Positions 34,525 to 37,537 of a stretch of 37,537 nt of DNA are shown here, one piece after another. The stretch comes from a virus (lineage: Duplodnaviria; Caudoviricetes): IMG/VR virus record IMGVR_UViG_3300038365_000215, positions 1 through 37,537 of that record. One strand, 5' to 3'. How positions within the stretch are numbered: position 1 is the stretch's first letter; the number at the start of each line of letters is the position of its first letter. A program made the translations under genes and the position numbers. The notes beneath the pieces were generated by a model. The model did no database searches. It worked only from the letters and a program-made list of their open reading frames with translations, and was not told the origin of the DNA.

Positions 34525-35052
34525 ATGTTTTGTCCTTATTGTGGAAAAGACGCTGGAGACGCTAAATTCTGTCCGAACTGTGGGAAACCGCTTACTACTC
34601 AGCCTGCTCAACCGCAGCAGCCCGTGCAGCAACCAATGCAAGCGGCACAAGTCAAAGCAAAAAGAGTTATGACTATTAGGCACAATGCAGCGTACTTTGT
34701 GCCCATGGTAATAGTCCTTTTAGTCATGCTTCCATGCTTAATGATCCCAGATAATTCGTATAGGATTTGTCTATCCATCTTTTGCGTGATAATACTCGTA
34801 GGGTTTATTTTTAATTATCTAACTGCATCCCTTCGTTTTGATGGAAAAACTTTATCGGGGAAAAAGGGAGTTATAGTTAAAACAGTAATGTACTCTCCCG
34901 CTAGTAAAATACAGTATTGTAAACTTTCAAAATTTCTTTGGACTAATAAAGTAACAATTAAAGTTAGTGCTGAATCCGGTACTTATTCATTTAGCGATAT
35001 GGCTAATGCAGAAAATTTTGTTCGCTATGTTAATGATGAAATTTCAAAATAA
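34525..35052 (+). CDS. Zn-ribbon, two-TM membrane protein with a bacterial PH-like C-terminus
   Basis: MFCPYCG...FCPNCG, Q/P linker, two hydrophobic segments, and G.I......P.SKIQ motif. Confidence 0.8.
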   Translation: MFCPYCGKDAGDAKFCPNCGKPLTTQPAQPQQPVQQPMQAAQVKAKRVMTIRHNAAYFVPMVIVLLVMLPCLMIPDNSYRICLSIFCVIILVGFIFNYLTASLRFDGKTLSGKKGVIVKTVMYSPASKIQYCKLSKFLWTNKVTIKVSAESGTYSFSDMANAENFVRYVNDEISK

Positions 35053-35057
35053 ATAAA

Positions 35058-35102
35058 AAATCCGCCCTCTCCTACTCGCAATAGGAAAGAGCGGCTCACC
35101 AT
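35058..35102 (-). terminator. 45-bp hairpin repeat copy 2, terminator of the Abi gene
   Basis: Identical to 36166-36210. Minus strand CCGCTCTTTCCTAT-TGCGA-GTAGGAGAGGGCGG-ATTTTTT. Confidence 0.8.
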
Positions 35103-35962
35103 TAACTATATAATAAATCATACCAATTTTCAGGAAATCCGATACACCTTAGATCTATATATTCTTGATATTCATCAATTAAAACTTTCAAATTGTTCAC
35201 AAAACTACTACTCCAATGGAATCTGCCTCGACAGAGAAGCTTAAGCACATAGATGTAGTCAAACAATTTTCGCCATAATTTATATGGACTATTTTTGGGT
35301 GTTACTGGGATTGCAGGAAAATCGAAAAAATACAATCTTGAATAATGCGCACAAAAATTTCTTAAATATGTAAGGCACATTAACCAACTGCTTACGTTTG
35401 TGTCAGTCGATTGAAAAAGACTTTTCGCGAGTGCCTTTTTATCTTCCCGTAATAAATCGTCATAGAAATATGACAATTCACCCATTGTAGAATATTCTAT
35501 TATTACCCATACAGGAAATTTCCCATCATATTTTTTTATATGATGCTGCACAGCTGGTTGATTGCGGTTATTTGTTATATCCTTTTGAATATGCTCCAGA
35601 AATACATCATGCTTATGATAACCATTGTAATTCTTAGGATCAAGATACCCCAATGAACCATATTTATGGGCATGATAATAAGCAAGCTGCGTTCTTAGCA
35701 TAAGTTCTAGCTCTTCAATTACTGGTGCCAAGATACCACGCATTTTTCTATCAAACTCATAGATCTCATATACTTTTTTAAAGCTTGTCCCAGCAACATA
35801 TTCATCTTCACTAATTTTAAAAGGCAGAAAATAAGCTGTAAAGCGATAATAATTTATATGGTGTAATACTTTTATCGCTATATCATCGTTATTAATAATA
35901 CAACCGCGTTTTTTTAGTTTCTGCAACTGCTCCGCATAAGTACTTGGCTGTTTTACGTCCAT
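35102..35962 (-). CDS. Abi_2 / AbiF-family HEPN RNase (abortive infection)
   Basis: EQLQKLKKRG, INYYRFTAY, YEFDRKMR, PVWVIIE...GELS and HEPN RNFCAH motifs. AT-rich. Confidence 0.92.
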   Translation of the reverse strand: MDVKQPSTYAEQLQKLKKRGCIINNDDIAIKVLHHINYYRFTAYFLPFKISEDEYVAGTSFKKVYEIYEFDRKMRGILAPVIEELELMLRTQLAYYHAHKYGSLGYLDPKNYNGYHKHDVFLEHIQKDITNNRNQPAVQHHIKKYDGKFPVWVIIEYSTMGELSYFYDDLLREDKKALAKSLFQSTDTNVSSWLMCLTYLRNFCAHYSRLYFFDFPAIPVTPKNSPYKLWRKLFDYIYVLKLLCRGRFHWSSSFVNNLKVLIDEYQEYIDLRCIGFPENWYDLLYS

Positions 35963-35979
35963 AATAAACCACCCAAATA

Positions 35980-36045
35980 TAAAAATGTCCCCCACTGGGA
36001 CACATCGCGCACATTGCTATGCGTGAGAGGTGCGGGGGGTCTCAT
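35980..36045 (-). ncRNA. abiF-like structured leader RNA, candidate RNA antitoxin
   Basis: GC-rich island between TATAAT (36054-36059) and the Abi start: CCCCCCGC...CGCAT-AGCA-ATGTG...TGTCCC-AGTGG-GGGACA-TTTTT. Confidence 0.65.
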
Positions 36046-36165
36046 TACTTACTATTATACACAGATGTAGTAAAAAGTATACTGCCAAATAGTTTAATTT
36101 CTTTGACTATACGGTAATTTTTCGCTGTTTAGCGTTATTTATCACCGTTTATCATATATTTTTAG

Positions 36166-36275
36166 AAATCCGCCCTCTCCTACTCGCAATAGGAAAGAGC
36201 GGCTCACCATCAGCAGGGCTGACAGTACGGTAATTACGCCATGATTATTGTACTCGTTCAGCCCTCAAAAATCAA
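36166..36275 (-). ncRNA. Candidate antisense sRNA unit ending in hairpin copy 3, upstream of the integrase
   Basis: TTGATT-17-TACAAT (36275-36247) abuts the int RBS. 45-bp hairpin repeat at 36166-36210. Confidence 0.55.
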
Positions 36276-36289
36276 GGAGGGCTATAATT

Positions 36290-37537
36290 ATGCCTAAAAA
36301 GCAAAGCAAACCAGTTAGAAAACGTGTCTACCTCGGTAAGGGAAGCAACGGCAAGCCTATTTACAAAGCAGTCACTGGAAAAACAGAAGAGGAAGCCACT
36401 GAAAAGGCACTGCAAATAAAAATAGCACGGCGTAAAGGAATTGATGTTACAGCCGACCGGGACAGTTTTAAAAAATGGGCCGACCGCTGGTTGGCACTTA
36501 AACAAGGTGATGTTTCTGCCGGCCGCTATGATGTCTATTCTTATGCTGTCAACAAAATGGAACAGCTCTGGTATATTCCAATTATAAAAGTTTCGACCGG
36601 CGACATTCAGGACGTTATCAACGCGCTGGCGGAAAGCAACCCTCACACTGGCAAGCCCACAGCCAAAAAGACACTGATTGACGTCAAAAGCGCGGCAAAA
36701 CAGATTTTTCAGTTGGCTATTGAGCAACGTGTGATTGAATACGATCCTGCCGAAGCCGTAAGGATTCCGCGGAAAGCCCCTCAGAGCGAGCGCAGGGCAC
36801 TTACCAAAGAAGAGCAGCAATGGATTATAGACACACCACACAGGGCACAGCGCGGCGCTATGATTATGATGTATGCAGGGCTGCGGCGCGGAGAGCTGAT
36901 TCCACTTTTGTGGTCTGATATTGATCTGAAAGCCAAAACGATCGACGTCAATAAATCTGTGGAAATTATTAACGGCAAATCCGTCCAGAAAGACGGCGAA
37001 GCCAAAACAGAGGCAAGTATTCGAACAATTGACATTCCGCAGCAACTTGTCGATTTTTTGACTTTTGAAAGAAAGAAAGACGGCATTACACCGGAAACCG
37101 AAGACACGCTCGTGATTCGGTCTGCGAAAGGCACGATGCTGACGGAAAGCGGATGGAAAAGACTGTGGGACGCATACTGGAATGTTTTGAATCTGAAATA
37201 CGGTGATTTCACAGAATATAAAAAAGCCCATCCAGAAATTGATTTTAACAAACCGGAATCCGTCCATAACCCGCACGGAGTTCCGCCGATGATTCCGCCG
37301 ATCACGGCCCACTGGTTGCGGCACACATTTGCAACACTTCTATATTTGGCAGGCGTTGACGTGCTCACTGCACGTGACCAACTTGGCCATGCAGATATTA
37401 AGACCACATTGGAAATCTACACGCATTTAGATAAAATTTATAAACGCCACAGTATGGACAGGCTGAGCCAATATATTTCCGGAGATAAGTCAGAAAAAGA
37501 ATCAGGCGTAGAAGCCATGAGTTCAAGAGCCACATGA
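36290..37537 (+). CDS. int: Tyrosine integrase
   Basis: GLRRGEL, KT, HWLRHTFAT, LGHAD and YTH catalytic motifs. AAGGAGG RBS before ATG 36290. Confidence 0.97.
   Translation: MPKKQSKPVRKRVYLGKGSNGKPIYKAVTGKTEEEATEKALQIKIARRKGIDVTADRDSFKKWADRWLALKQGDVSAGRYDVYSYAVNKMEQLWYIPIIKVSTGDIQDVINALAESNPHTGKPTAKKTLIDVKSAAKQIFQLAIEQRVIEYDPAEAVRIPRKAPQSERRALTKEEQQWIIDTPHRAQRGAMIMMYAGLRRGELIPLLWSDIDLKAKTIDVNKSVEIINGKSVQKDGEAKTEASIRTIDIPQQLVDFLTFERKKDGITPETEDTLVIRSAKGTMLTESGWKRLWDAYWNVLNLKYGDFTEYKKAHPEIDFNKPESVHNPHGVPPMIPPITAHWLRHTFATLLYLAGVDVLTARDQLGHADIKTTLEIYTHLDKIYKRHSMDRLSQYISGDKSEKESGVEAMSSRAT

Larger units (their letters stand above)
1..37537. mobile_element. Temperate prophage with a contractile (PBSX Xkd-like) tail
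   Basis: Full modular order from integrase to endolysin. The boundaries lie outside the window. Confidence 0.97.

Noticed and set aside
35058-36210. 45-bp direct repeats as attL/attR or IS ends
   Set aside because: They are internal to the prophage, enclose no recombinase or transposase, and fold as terminators.
36272-37407. Minus-strand 350-aa and 208-aa ORFs
   Set aside because: Antisense shadows of the integrase.

Overview
The window is an almost complete temperate myovirus-type prophage, running from the endolysin stop at position 1 to the integrase stop at 37537. A Clostridia host is inferred from the Shine-Dalgarno style and protein families. att sites and a holin are not visible. Read from right to left it contains: (1) a lysogeny module with tyrosine integrase, an AbiF/Abi_2 HEPN toxin with a structured leader RNA, a Zn-ribbon membrane protein and a CI/Cro switch with visible operators; (2) early recombination and replication genes (Xis, SMC-like ATPase, RecT, MBL hydrolase, initiator with iterons, DnaC-like loader, RusA); (3) a late activator, a DNA methyltransferase and an AT-rich beta-family/sce7726-family moron; (4) packaging and head genes (TerS, TerL, SPP1-type portal, MuF with a toxin-like tail, scaffold, capsid); (5) a PBSX Xkd-like contractile tail and baseplate; (6) a GH25 endolysin. 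The stand-out feature is at 984-4669. Where a receptor-binding fibre tip is expected, a short tail-fibre gene is followed directly by a 268-aa protein with 44 Cys in CxxxC/CxxC repeats, a small partner protein and a radical SAM/SPASM maturase. This suggests a RiPP-like machinery that may post-translationally modify a virion tail protein. All family assignments come from motif recognition by eye; no database searches were run.
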